Below, piece by piece: positions 35,305 through 44,711 of a DNA stretch of 64,000 bases; the first letter of the stretch is position 1; the number at the start of each line of letters is the position of its first letter. The notes under the pieces were generated by a model that worked only from the letters and a program-made list of their open reading frames with translations, was not told the origin of the DNA and searched no databases. Source of the DNA: Candidatus Eiseniibacteriota bacterium (GTDB lineage: Bacteria; Eisenbacteria; RBG-16-71-46); NCBI GenBank assembly GCA_963717935.1, contig CAVQXP010000001.1:96001-160000 (forward strand), given 5' to 3'. Made by a program: the position numbers and the translations under genes.

Positions 35305-37983
35305 TCAGGCCGCCTTCGCCTCGTCCGCACCATCCTCCGCGTCCTCGTCGTCCCGGACGATGGCGATGGCTTCACGGACATCCGCCGTCATCTTCCTCTC
35401 GTCTCTCAGGCTCTCGACCATGGCCTCGGCCTGCTTCAGCAGGAACCGCAGGGAACCGGCCTTCTCGACCGCCTGCTCGACGACGGCCTTCTGCCCCTGG
35501 AGCGCTTCGAGGCTGGAGCGAACGTCCACCAGGAACCCCTCCGCGCGCGCCAGGCGCTCCTCCGCGCTGGTCATCTGCCGCCGCCGTTCGTCGAGCTCGT
35601 CCGTGGCACCGTGGATCTCCTTCAGGCGCTCCATGACCTGGTCGAGGAGACTGCGGCTCTCCGCGATCTCCCGGCTGGCGGACGTGATCGTGCGGACGTC
35701 GGTGGAGGTCTTCTCCGCCATCGTGAACATCCGGTCGAGATCGCTCCGCAGCGTCTGGATGGTGCCCTGGCGCGCGACGATCTGCTCCAGGGAACGGGAG
35801 ACCGCCTGGTCCACGAGCTCCCAACCGGCCAGCCGCTTCTCGAACTGGTCCAGGCGTTCGTCCACGATCCGCAGGTTGGCGACGCGGTCCTCGATCAGCG
35901 CGGACGTCTCGGCCACGCTCGCCGCCCGCTCGTCCGCCGACCTGAGCGCGGCACCGAGCCGCTTGGCCAGCTCGTCCAGCTGCTGGGCCGACGCAGCGGC
36001 GTCCTGCCGCAGCTTCGACGCCCGCTGGAGCTTCCCGGCCGCCTCCTCGAGCGCGGCCTGCCGCTGGTCGAGCTCCTCGCGCAGCGCCCGGGTGCGCTCC
36101 GCGAGCCCTTCGACCGACTCGCATCGCGCCTCGAACGCCGCCACGGTCTTTCCGGTCGCCGCGGCCTGCCGTGCGGCCTCGTGCACGCTGGAGGAGACGC
36201 TCGCGACCGTCCTGCTGACGCGGTCGGCCTCCTCGGCGTGTGCGGCAAGGGCGATGAACCGCTGTTCCGCTGCATCCATGCGCGTCCGCAGCTGCCGGCC
36301 GCGCTCGTCCAGATCCCCGCCCAGGGCCCCGATCTCGGCGACCTGGCGCTGCAGGGCCTCGACGAATTCGCGCCGCGACTCGATGGACGACATCGACTCG
36401 TTGATGCGCTGCGTCTGCTGCTGCACGATCTCGAGCGACGGCGCCATGTCCTGCAGCTCCCCGACCTGGCTCTTCAGCTCGTCCAGTGATCGCTCCACTC
36501 CCGCCAGCCAGGACCGGGTCTCCGACTGGCTCTCCCGCATGCGGGTGAGCTCGGCATGCGCGACCTGGGTCTGCTCGAGCGAGTCATCCACCATGGCGTG
36601 CGTGCGGCTCAGCACTTCGAGGTCGACCAGGATGGCGTCCACCGCGGGCCGCGCCTCTTCGATCCGCACCACCTGGGCTCCGAGGTCGTGAGCCTTGCGG
36701 CCGACCTCGTCGAGATCGCGGCGGATGGCGTGCAGCCTCTTCACCTCCCCGTCGACCTGGGCCGCCTGGTCCTGGAGGTCGTGCACCTGCGTCGTCAGGG
36801 CGTTCGTCCGGGAGTCCAGATCGCTCAGCGTCTGGCTCGACTCCCGCAATGCCTTGAACCGGTGCTCGAAGTCCGCGAGCGCACCGCGCAGGTCGGCCAC
36901 CCGCTGGCTGACCGACTCCAGGCCCTTGCCTTCGAAGTCGAACCGCTCGACGGCGTTCTTCATCCCGTCCTGCGCCGCCGTCAGCTCGTGGCGGATGATC
37001 CCGGCCTGCTCCTCGGTCTGCCGCTGCATCTGGGTGATCTCGCTGGAACGCTCCAGCACCTGCTCCTGCAGCGACTTCAGGGCGGCGACCGCGTCCTGCA
37101 TCGCGTTCAGGCTCTTCTCGTTCTCCTGCTGCTGCCGGATGCCGGCATCGATCTGGCGCATCGAACGCTCGAGACCCTCCGCCTGCGAGAGCGCGCGATC
37201 GACGGTGTCGCGCTGCGCCTCCAGGGCCGAGGTCTTCTGCGCGAGCGAGTCGCCCAGGGCCTTCAGCGTGCCCAGCTCGCGCTTCACGGCATCGACCGTC
37301 TGCCGTACTCCGTCCATCCCGCGGACCGCCTGGTCGACGCCGACGACCCGCCGCTCCTTGTCCTGCAGGTCGCGGCTGAGTTCGTCGCGACGCCGGTCGA
37401 GCGCCTCCATCTTCGACATGGCGAGCTTGTGCGCGTCCATCAGCCGTTCATGCTGCTCGCGAAGGCGCCCCAGGTGCTCGCCCGTGCCCTCGACCTGCCC
37501 GCGCAACGCGTTGGCGTCGTCCCGCAGGACCTGGAACGGCTTGTCCACCTCGAGGAACGCCTCCAGCCCGTCCTTCAGGCTCGCGGCGAGATCCACCTTC
37601 TGGCTCAGCTCCTCGAACACCTCGCGGATGTGCCCGGAATCCTCCAGCACGGTGGCGAAGTGGGCCTCGGCCTGCTGCTGATTCTGCGCCAGGCCCTCGG
37701 AGCGCTCGTCCAGCGTCTGGATCCGTGCCGAGATCGGCGCGATGGCCTCGAGGCGCTGCTCCACGTCGCGAAGGCGTGTGCTCACCGCATCGACGTCGCT
37801 CCCCACCCTGGCCACGGGCTCGCCCAGCTGGTCGAGCCGGTCGGCCGCGGCGCGCGAGTGGTGGAGCAGGGCGGCGAAGCGTTCGCGTTCCTGACGCATC
37901 TCCTGCAGGAGCGCGCGCAGGTCCTCGGCGAATTCCCGGTCCTTGGAACCGTCACCGAGCAGGTTCTTGAGAAGAGAGGCCAT
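35305..37983 (-). CDS. 892-aa coiled-coil protein of unknown function
   Basis: E/R/L/A/Q-rich heptad pattern over nearly the whole length, few Pro; no signal peptide, TM segment or Walker motifs; RBS GGAG. Confidence 0.85.
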   Translation of the reverse strand: MASLLKNLLGDGSKDREFAEDLRALLQEMRQERERFAALLHHSRAAADRLDQLGEPVARVGSDVDAVSTRLRDVEQRLEAIAPISARIQTLDERSEGLAQNQQQAEAHFATVLEDSGHIREVFEELSQKVDLAASLKDGLEAFLEVDKPFQVLRDDANALRGQVEGTGEHLGRLREQHERLMDAHKLAMSKMEALDRRRDELSRDLQDKERRVVGVDQAVRGMDGVRQTVDAVKRELGTLKALGDSLAQKTSALEAQRDTVDRALSQAEGLERSMRQIDAGIRQQQENEKSLNAMQDAVAALKSLQEQVLERSSEITQMQRQTEEQAGIIRHELTAAQDGMKNAVERFDFEGKGLESVSQRVADLRGALADFEHRFKALRESSQTLSDLDSRTNALTTQVHDLQDQAAQVDGEVKRLHAIRRDLDEVGRKAHDLGAQVVRIEEARPAVDAILVDLEVLSRTHAMVDDSLEQTQVAHAELTRMRESQSETRSWLAGVERSLDELKSQVGELQDMAPSLEIVQQQTQRINESMSSIESRREFVEALQRQVAEIGALGGDLDERGRQLRTRMDAAEQRFIALAAHAEEADRVSRTVASVSSSVHEAARQAAATGKTVAAFEARCESVEGLAERTRALREELDQRQAALEEAAGKLQRASKLRQDAAASAQQLDELAKRLGAALRSADERAASVAETSALIEDRVANLRIVDERLDQFEKRLAGWELVDQAVSRSLEQIVARQGTIQTLRSDLDRMFTMAEKTSTDVRTITSASREIAESRSLLDQVMERLKEIHGATDELDERRRQMTSAEERLARAEGFLVDVRSSLEALQGQKAVVEQAVEKAGSLRFLLKQAEAMVESLRDERKMTADVREAIAIVRDDEDAEDGADEAKAA

Positions 37984-38502
37984 CGTAGACTCCGTGGAAC
38001 GCGCCGCCCGGTCGGCCCGGTCTGGGCCACCGGTGTTGCGGCGTGAGGGTTTGACCGCCTCGCGTGACGTGGACGCTGGAAGCGGAGTCGAGGTTGCGCG
38101 ACGAACGTCGAGTGCAAGAGACAGACCCTTTCCGGCAAGAGCCTCCGCTCCATCGGCTGCCGTCCGTCAGGAGGATGCCGTGCAGCGCGTGCGTCCGCCC
38201 AAGCTCAAGGCGCAGAGCGAGTTCGGGCGCACCTGCGGCGGGCGACCTGTGTCGCTCGGGAGACGGTCCGCCGGGCGCGGTCCCGGCGGGGGACCTTCCG
38301 GCGCCCACAAATGCACCACGGGGGGGGCACGGACTTGGCCGAGTGCGAGACGCCGGGACGGGGCACCGCCGGCCTGCACCGGCGCCGACTCCGGGTTCTT
38401 CTCCGGCGCGCTGCCCCACGAGCGGGCCACTCGCGGCCCCGGCCGCTCTGATGGCATGATGCCCGGCGCCCGTGCCGGCTCTCCCCCGGCGGGCCGGAGG
38501 TC

Positions 38503-40647
38503 ATGTTGGCTGAGACGAAGCACCCGCCCGCGCCGCGCGACCGCGCGGGGGTCCTCGGGTTGATCCTGCTGGGACTGCTCCCCGTCGTGGGCCGGTTCGC
38601 CTCGCCGACCCTGGCGTGGGGCTTCCACCTGACCGCCTACCTCCCGCTCGGCGCGTGGCTCGTCTCGATCGCGGGCTGGGGGCTGCTGTTCGTCCCGCCC
38701 TGGCGGCGATTCGTCGAGCATCTCCTCTACGACCGGCTGGGCGGAGCGCTCTTCGAAGCCCCGGCGAGACGGTCGTGGCTGCCCGCGCTCGGGCTCGCCC
38801 TGGTCGCGGCCGTGACGTTCTCGCTGCTCTCCGTCCCGACGCACCTGCTGGGCGACGGCGTCCTGGTCGGCGAGATGGTCGGCAAGGGCGCGAGGTTCCG
38901 CGCCACCGACGGGATGGACTTCCTCCTCCACCGGCTCGCCCGCGAAACGATCGCTCCCGCCGGCGACCTCGGGGCCGCCTTCCGGCTCTACGCGTGGGGC
39001 AGCCGTCTCGCGGGGCTGCTCGGTGTGCTGACCGCCCTTTTCCTGCTGCGGCGCTGCCGTCTGCCCGTCCCCACGCGCGTGCTGCTCCTGCTGCTCTGCT
39101 TCCTCTCCGCCTCGACGCTGCTCTACTGCGGCTACGTCGAGTCGTACGGCTTCCTCTCGGTGGCGGTGCTCGGCTTCCTCTGGTCGGGAGCCATGGCACA
39201 GCGGGGCGAGGTCCCGCCCTGGATACCGGGCGTCTGTTTCGGCTTCGCGCTGTTCTTCCACATGACGGCGCTGCTCGCGCTGCCGGCCCTCGCCTGGCTG
39301 GTCCTGCGGCCGGGCCCCCCGGGGGTTGCGCGCGGCCGCTGGGCGCTGAGCCTGCTGCTGCCCGCTGCCGTCCTGCCGCTCACCGCGGTCCTCGCCCACG
39401 CGGCCCTGGGCTTCGATGCGGCCTGGCTGCAGCGCGAGTTCCTCGACAACTCGAACCAGCGTTCGCTGCTGGTCGCGCTGAGCGGCGATCACGGGCTGCT
39501 CTCCGCGGTCCACTGGAAGGACCTGGCCAACTGGCTCCTGCTCGTCGTGCCCGTGCCGGCCTGGCTGATCCTGAGTCGCAGCGGCACGCTGCGCCGGCGC
39601 GCCCGGGAGCCCGAGCTGGCGTTCCTGCTCGTCCAGACCGCCTGCCTGGGGATCGCCTTCATCCTGGTGGACCGCAAGCTGGGCAGCGCCCGTGACTGGG
39701 ATCTCTTCGCGCCGCACGTCGCGGGGCTCGGCTGGATCGCCGCGCGGCTGTGGGAGCCGGAGAGCGCCGCACGCGGCGACGCGCGTCCGTGGCCCGGCCT
39801 GCGCTTCGCGGCGCCCTGGGTCGCGCTCCTGATCGCCTGGCCGTGGTTCGCGGTCAACGCCTCGCGCGACGCGTCGCTGCGGCGCTTCGCCGAGGTCCAG
39901 ACCGACTTCGCGCCCTATCCACGCGCCTACGCGACCCAGGACCTGGCGAAGTACCACCGGGACCATGGGGACATGGAGCGCTCCGTCCTGCTGTGCGAGG
40001 AGAGCGTGAGGATCTTCCCGCACAACGCGCGCTTCCATGCGCTGCTGGGAACGAACTACATGGCCCTCGGCCGCATCGAAGAGGCCCAGCGGCAGTTCGA
40101 CGAGGCGCTCCGGATCGATCCCGGCAACTGGGTGGTGTTCGACATGAGGGCGAAGCTCGCGCTCCAGCGCGAGGATTACGCGACCGCGCTCGACCTCTAC
40201 CGCAGGCAGACGCGGCTGAACCCCGCCAACCCCGAGGTCTGGGCGGGGCTCGGATACACCGCCTTCCGGCTGGGCGACATCGAGGAGGCGCACGGCGCCT
40301 TCCTGCGCGCGAGCGACCTCGTGGATGACCCGCAGTACGACTACTACGCCGGCATCGCCAGCGCCTCACTCGGGCGCTGGGACGAGGCGGTCGGCCGGTT
40401 CCGGCGCGCGGTGCGCGGCGGCCGGGAGGGGCTCTACTTCTACGGGCTGGCCATGACGCTCGAAGCCCGCGAGGCCGCGCACCTCGCCGGGGGCCGGGCG
40501 GTGGATCCGGCCAGCCTCCGGGCGGCGGCGCAGGCCGCGGCCCGCGCCGGGCGGCTCGCGCCGCAGAATCCCCGGATCGTCTGGTACCGGGACCACATCG
40601 GCCGGGTCCTGTCGGGGCAGGAGCCCCCGGCCGTCGTGCCCCGGTGA
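38503..40647 (+). CDS. Multi-pass membrane protein with C-terminal TPR repeats (GT-C-like)
   Basis: Many TM segments, 'LLGDG', 'GYVESY', 'RDWDLF'; TPRs 'LGTNYMALGRIEEA...F.EAL.IDP' and 'WAGLG..AFRLG..EEA'; RBS GGAGG. Confidence 0.75.
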   Translation: MLAETKHPPAPRDRAGVLGLILLGLLPVVGRFASPTLAWGFHLTAYLPLGAWLVSIAGWGLLFVPPWRRFVEHLLYDRLGGALFEAPARRSWLPALGLALVAAVTFSLLSVPTHLLGDGVLVGEMVGKGARFRATDGMDFLLHRLARETIAPAGDLGAAFRLYAWGSRLAGLLGVLTALFLLRRCRLPVPTRVLLLLLCFLSASTLLYCGYVESYGFLSVAVLGFLWSGAMAQRGEVPPWIPGVCFGFALFFHMTALLALPALAWLVLRPGPPGVARGRWALSLLLPAAVLPLTAVLAHAALGFDAAWLQREFLDNSNQRSLLVALSGDHGLLSAVHWKDLANWLLLVVPVPAWLILSRSGTLRRRAREPELAFLLVQTACLGIAFILVDRKLGSARDWDLFAPHVAGLGWIAARLWEPESAARGDARPWPGLRFAAPWVALLIAWPWFAVNASRDASLRRFAEVQTDFAPYPRAYATQDLAKYHRDHGDMERSVLLCEESVRIFPHNARFHALLGTNYMALGRIEEAQRQFDEALRIDPGNWVVFDMRAKLALQREDYATALDLYRRQTRLNPANPEVWAGLGYTAFRLGDIEEAHGAFLRASDLVDDPQYDYYAGIASASLGRWDEAVGRFRRAVRGGREGLYFYGLAMTLEAREAAHLAGGRAVDPASLRAAAQAAARAGRLAPQNPRIVWYRDHIGRVLSGQEPPAVVPR

Positions 40648-40809
40648 CATCGCGGCCTCCCCGCGCCACCCCTCCGCGGCGACTCCTCCACAGTTGCTCC
40701 GGAATCCGAGTCTGGCTAACCTGCCGGGGCTCGGCCCAGATGGCCTGACCGTCGGCAAGCTTGGGAACGTCCCTGGGCGCCCCCGACTGGAAGCAAAGGA
40801 GACGGAGCC

Positions 40810-41682
40810 ATGCGTAAACCAGTCCTGTTCGCCCTGATCGCCGTCGTCGTAGCTCTGGCCGTCGTCGCTGCGGTGCTCTTCACGAGGTATCGGAACGTCA
40901 CGACGGAGTACACGAACCTGCGTCTGGCAGAGGAGACGGCCCGGGTCGGCTACAGCGAGGCCTTCAACGCCATCACCGAGATCCAGGACAGCCTGAACGC
41001 CATCGCCGTCGGTGACACCACGGTGCAGATGCTGTCGACCGGGGCCCAGTCGGAGTTGAACGTCACCGAGGCGGTGCGGCGCCAGGCGCTCGACCGCGTC
41101 AACGTCCTCAACGCGAGCCTGCAGCGCAACAAGGAGAAGATCCGCAGGCTGGAGGCCAACCTGCGGAAGAGCGGGGTCAAGGTCGTCGGTCTGGAGAAGA
41201 TGATCGTCACCCTGAAGCAGACGATGATCGAGAAGGAGGCGCTCGTCGCCCAACTCACGGGCCGGGTGGACTCCCTGCAGACCTCGGTCACCGGGCTGAC
41301 GACCGAGGTGCAGCAGGGCCAGGAGACGATCCGGGCCCGGGAACAGACGATCGAGGAGAAGCGGCGCGAGCTGGCGACGATCTACTACGTCGTCGGCTCG
41401 AAGAAGGAACTCAGCCTGCTGGGCTTCATCGCGGCGAAGGGCGGCGTGCTCGGCATCGGCAAGACCGTGAAGGCCACGGGCCGCTACAACGAGAGCTATT
41501 TCACCTCGCTGGACACCGAGCAGGAGAGCATCATCCCCACCTCGGCGGCCAAGGCGCAGGTCGTGAGCGCCCAGCCCCCGGCGAGCTACGAGCTGAAGAC
41601 CGTGGGCGGCCAGGTGGAGCTCCACATCCTCGATCCGAAGGAGTTCCGCACGGTCAAGCACCTCGTCATCATGACGAAATAG
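40810..41682 (+). CDS. Membrane-anchored coiled-coil protein resembling the Bacteroidota Cbp1-type family
   Basis: N-terminal TM, coiled coil, C-terminal 'YYVVGSKKEL...KGGVLG.GK...P..SY.L...L.I.DP.EF...K.LVI'; family recalled from memory. Confidence 0.65.
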   Translation: MRKPVLFALIAVVVALAVVAAVLFTRYRNVTTEYTNLRLAEETARVGYSEAFNAITEIQDSLNAIAVGDTTVQMLSTGAQSELNVTEAVRRQALDRVNVLNASLQRNKEKIRRLEANLRKSGVKVVGLEKMIVTLKQTMIEKEALVAQLTGRVDSLQTSVTGLTTEVQQGQETIRAREQTIEEKRRELATIYYVVGSKKELSLLGFIAAKGGVLGIGKTVKATGRYNESYFTSLDTEQESIIPTSAAKAQVVSAQPPASYELKTVGGQVELHILDPKEFRTVKHLVIMTK

Positions 41683-41691
41683 CCGTCAGGC

Positions 41692-41716
41692 TCGGGGCCG
41701 GCTCAGCCGGCCCCGA
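41692..41716. terminator. Perfect 12-bp hairpin after the coiled-coil gene
   Basis: TCGGGGCCGGCT-c-AGCCGGCCCCGA. Confidence 0.55.
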
Positions 41717-41823
41717 CGGAGGCCCGCGGAGATCGTGCCGCGGGTCTTCGTGTCTGCGTCCCCCGCGCGGAACCCGTTGCGTGCGCCCCATCGGAGTCGT
41801 AGCCTTCCGCGCAGGAGGTGCCT

Positions 41824-42881
41824 GATGGACGACGAGCAGCCCCGCGACCCGCAGAACCTCGACCGTCGTGACTTCCTCCGCCTGGGCACCACGGCTGGCG
41901 CGGGTCTCCTGACGGGCGCCCTGGCCGCGCGCGCCGGCGCCGCGTTGCCGCCGCTGCCGGTCAACCCCCGCACGCCCGCGGCCATGCCGACACGCAACCT
42001 GGGGCGCACCGGCTACCGCGTGGGCATCTTCAGCCTCGGCGGGCAGGCCGCGGTCGAGCAGCCCGACAACGAGGCGGTCGCCGTCCCGATCGTGGAGCGG
42101 GCGCTCGACCTCGGGGTGAACTACGTGGACACGGCCGCGGCCTACGGCGGCGCCCGGCGCTGGAGCCAGCGCTACATCGGCCAGGTGATGAAGCGCCGGC
42201 GCAAGGAGGCCTTCCTCACCTCGAAGACCAACGACCGGACGCGTGACGGCTCGCTGCGCCTGCTCGAGGAGTCGCTGCGCCTGTTGAACACCGATCATCT
42301 GGACCTCTGGCAGATCCACAACCTCTCGCGCCTCGAGCAGGTGGACGAGATCTTCGCACCCGGCGGCGCCATGGCGGCGCTGCAGCAGGCGCGCGACCAG
42401 AAGATGGTGCGCTTCCTCGGGGTCACGGGCCACGCCGACCCGGACGTGCTGATGGAGGCGATCCGCCGCTTCGAGTTCGACACCCTGCTGCTCGCGCTCA
42501 ACGCGGCGGACCCGCACCACCTGAGCTTCGCCGAGCGGCTTCTGCCGATGGCGGTCGAGAGACGGATGGGCATCATCGGCATGAAGATCCCGGCCCGGGG
42601 CCGCATCCTCGACTCGTGGACACCGCCGCCGCTGGACGCAACAGCGCGAGATCGAGCGGCCGGCGAAGCCCGGCACGCTCAAGATGCGCGAGGCGCTCTA
42701 CTACGTGCTGTCGCTCCCGGTGAGCACCGTGATCGTGGGCTGCGACTCGGTGGCCCAGGTCGAGGAGGACGTCGCGCTGGCGCGCGCCTTCACGCCGCTC
42801 AGCCCCTCGCAGATGACCGCGCTGACCGCGCGCACGGAACCGGTCGCCCGGCAGTCGCTCTTCTTCCGCCGCTGGCCCTGA
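41824..42881 (+). CDS. Tat-exported aldo/keto reductase (one +1 frameshift near 42636)
   Basis: 'DRRDFLR' Tat motif; 'LGRTG', 'GVNYVDTAAAYG', 'SL..LNTDHLDLWQIH', 'RFLGVTGH'; the AKR-like C-terminus 'MREALYYVLSLPVSTVIVG' is in another frame. Confidence 0.85.
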
Positions 42882-42887
42882 TGCGCC

Positions 42888-42916
42888 GCCGCCCGGCTCC
42901 TCACGAGCCGGGCGGC
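42888..42916. terminator. 12-bp hairpin between convergent genes
   Basis: GCCGCCCGGCTC-ctcac-GAGCCGGGCGGC. Confidence 0.55.
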
Positions 42917-42944
42917 ATGGGCGGACGGAGCACGGGCCGGAGGC

Positions 42945-44495
42945 TCACCTCCAGGACAACGTCCCGTCCCCCAGTTCCATCGTGACCTCGTAGGCCAGCC
43001 GCGCGATCTTCTCGGCCTTGTCGTAGTCGAGCTTCTCCGCGTCGTCCGTGGGCGTGTTCACGTCGTCGTGGTGGCCCGAGTAGAAGGAGACGGCGGGGAT
43101 GCCCACGAGGTGGAACGAGAGGTTGTCGCTGTTCCCCGTCACGTTCTCGTACTTGAGCGGCCAGCGCAGCGTGCGGTCGTTCACGCTCCTGATCAGCCGG
43201 GTGAACTCGGGCGTGATCTTCTCGGAATCCAGCGCATAGTGGGCCCGGTCGGCCTGCGAGCTGGCGTCGGTGCGACCGATCATGTCCAGGTCCACGGCGG
43301 CGACGACGCGATCCAGCGGCACGGGACAGTGCGACACGAAGTGGCGCGAGCCGACGAGCGCCGCCTCCTCTCCCGTGAAGAGGGCGAACACGACCGAGCG
43401 CCGGGGTGGACGCAGGGCCACGGCTCGCGCGATCTCCAGCACGCCCGCGCAGCCGCTGGCATCGTCGTCGGCGCCGTTGTAGATCTCGCCGGCCTGCTTC
43501 GGCGTCGAACTGTCCAGGTGCGCGCCCACCACGACGTACTCGTCCTTGAGCACCGGGTCCGTGCCCCGGACCACCCCGACGACGTTCCACGCCGGGATCG
43601 GCTCGTCCTCGAAGCTCCCGACCACGTTCACCGACACGTTCGCCAGCGGGAAGCCCCGGGTCGTCTGCCGAACGCCCTTCGCCATGCCGGGCGGAACGCG
43701 CTTCTGGCCGGCGAAGATCGCGTTCGCGAACGCCGGCTTCGAGACGAACAGGCTCGCGATGTGCAGCGCCTCCGGAGCGGAGTCGTCGTACTCGTCGCTG
43801 GGACCCAGCGTCTTCGACCGCAGCCCCTCCCACCCCGCCACGAGATCCGGGGACGGCAGGACGATGATCCCAGCCGCCCGGTGCCCGATCAGGGTCATCA
43901 TCTTCCGGAACACGGCGGACGGGGGCGCATAGCGGGCGTGGACCGCCTCGGGCAGGACGGGCTTGCCGTTCCGCATCGGAGCGCCCATCAGGAGCAGGAC
44001 GACCTTGTTCCGGACGTCGAGCCCCCGGAGGTCGTCCCACCCGTGCCCGGGCTCGCTGATGCCGTAGCCGACGTACACGAGCGGCAGAGCCCGGCGTTCC
44101 ATGGGATAGATCTCGCCCTGGAACCATTTCACGTCCTGCCCCTCGGGGAAGACCCGCTCGCCCGTCGCGGTCCTGACGACCAGGGAGAGCGGACCGCTCA
44201 CCGTGCGCCGGACGACGGGCACGTCCTGGCTGAACGGGCCGTGCGTGCCCTGCTCGAGGAGCGGCAGCACGCCCGCGGCGTGGAACTGGCTCCCGGCGTA
44301 CTGCGCAGCGACCTCGAAACCGCGCGAGCTGGCGGCTCGTCCACCCAGGGCGTCGGACGCGAGGAAGTAGACGTGCCCCCGCAATGCCGCGGCCGTGATG
44401 GACTCGACCGGCGGCGCCTCGACGGCGCGCACCACCGGCGAGACGAGGACGAGGCCCAGCCCCAGGAGAAGACAGACGACGAAGGAACGCTGCAT
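42945..44495 (-). CDS. M28 family peptidase with PA-like insertion, secreted
   Basis: Signal peptide; 'FLASDAL.GR', 'GAHLD', 'NGADDDASG', 'FTGEE', 'DLDMIGR', 'SDN'. The usual 'YH.P.D' appears as 'VNTPTD'. Confidence 0.88.
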   Translation of the reverse strand: MQRSFVVCLLLGLGLVLVSPVVRAVEAPPVESITAAALRGHVYFLASDALGGRAASSRGFEVAAQYAGSQFHAAGVLPLLEQGTHGPFSQDVPVVRRTVSGPLSLVVRTATGERVFPEGQDVKWFQGEIYPMERRALPLVYVGYGISEPGHGWDDLRGLDVRNKVVLLLMGAPMRNGKPVLPEAVHARYAPPSAVFRKMMTLIGHRAAGIIVLPSPDLVAGWEGLRSKTLGPSDEYDDSAPEALHIASLFVSKPAFANAIFAGQKRVPPGMAKGVRQTTRGFPLANVSVNVVGSFEDEPIPAWNVVGVVRGTDPVLKDEYVVVGAHLDSSTPKQAGEIYNGADDDASGCAGVLEIARAVALRPPRRSVVFALFTGEEAALVGSRHFVSHCPVPLDRVVAAVDLDMIGRTDASSQADRAHYALDSEKITPEFTRLIRSVNDRTLRWPLKYENVTGNSDNLSFHLVGIPAVSFYSGHHDDVNTPTDDAEKLDYDKAEKIARLAYEVTMELGDGTLSWR

Positions 44496-44711
44496 CGGGA
44501 GACCTCCAGGCGGAAGATCACTTGGATGGATTCGGGAAACGCCCCGGCGCAGGCAGGCTCCTCCCTTCCGTTCGGGCCTACGAGGTCCTGCCTGCGAAGG
44601 TTGCACACGACCGGGGCCGGTCTTGAAGCGGCCTCCCGAGGCCAGCCCTCGCCTGGACCGGAGGTGCGGCGGGGACCCCGGGGGCCACCGCCGCGGCCTT
44701 CGTCTCCGCCG

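Noticed and set aside
35305..37983. Coiled-coil protein as the SMC partner of ScpA/ScpB
   Set aside because: No Walker A/B, signature motif or hinge domain.
26580..38000. Intact prophage or ICE at tRNA-Leu
   Set aside because: No integrase, phage or conjugation genes, and no duplicated tRNA 3' end seen in the window.
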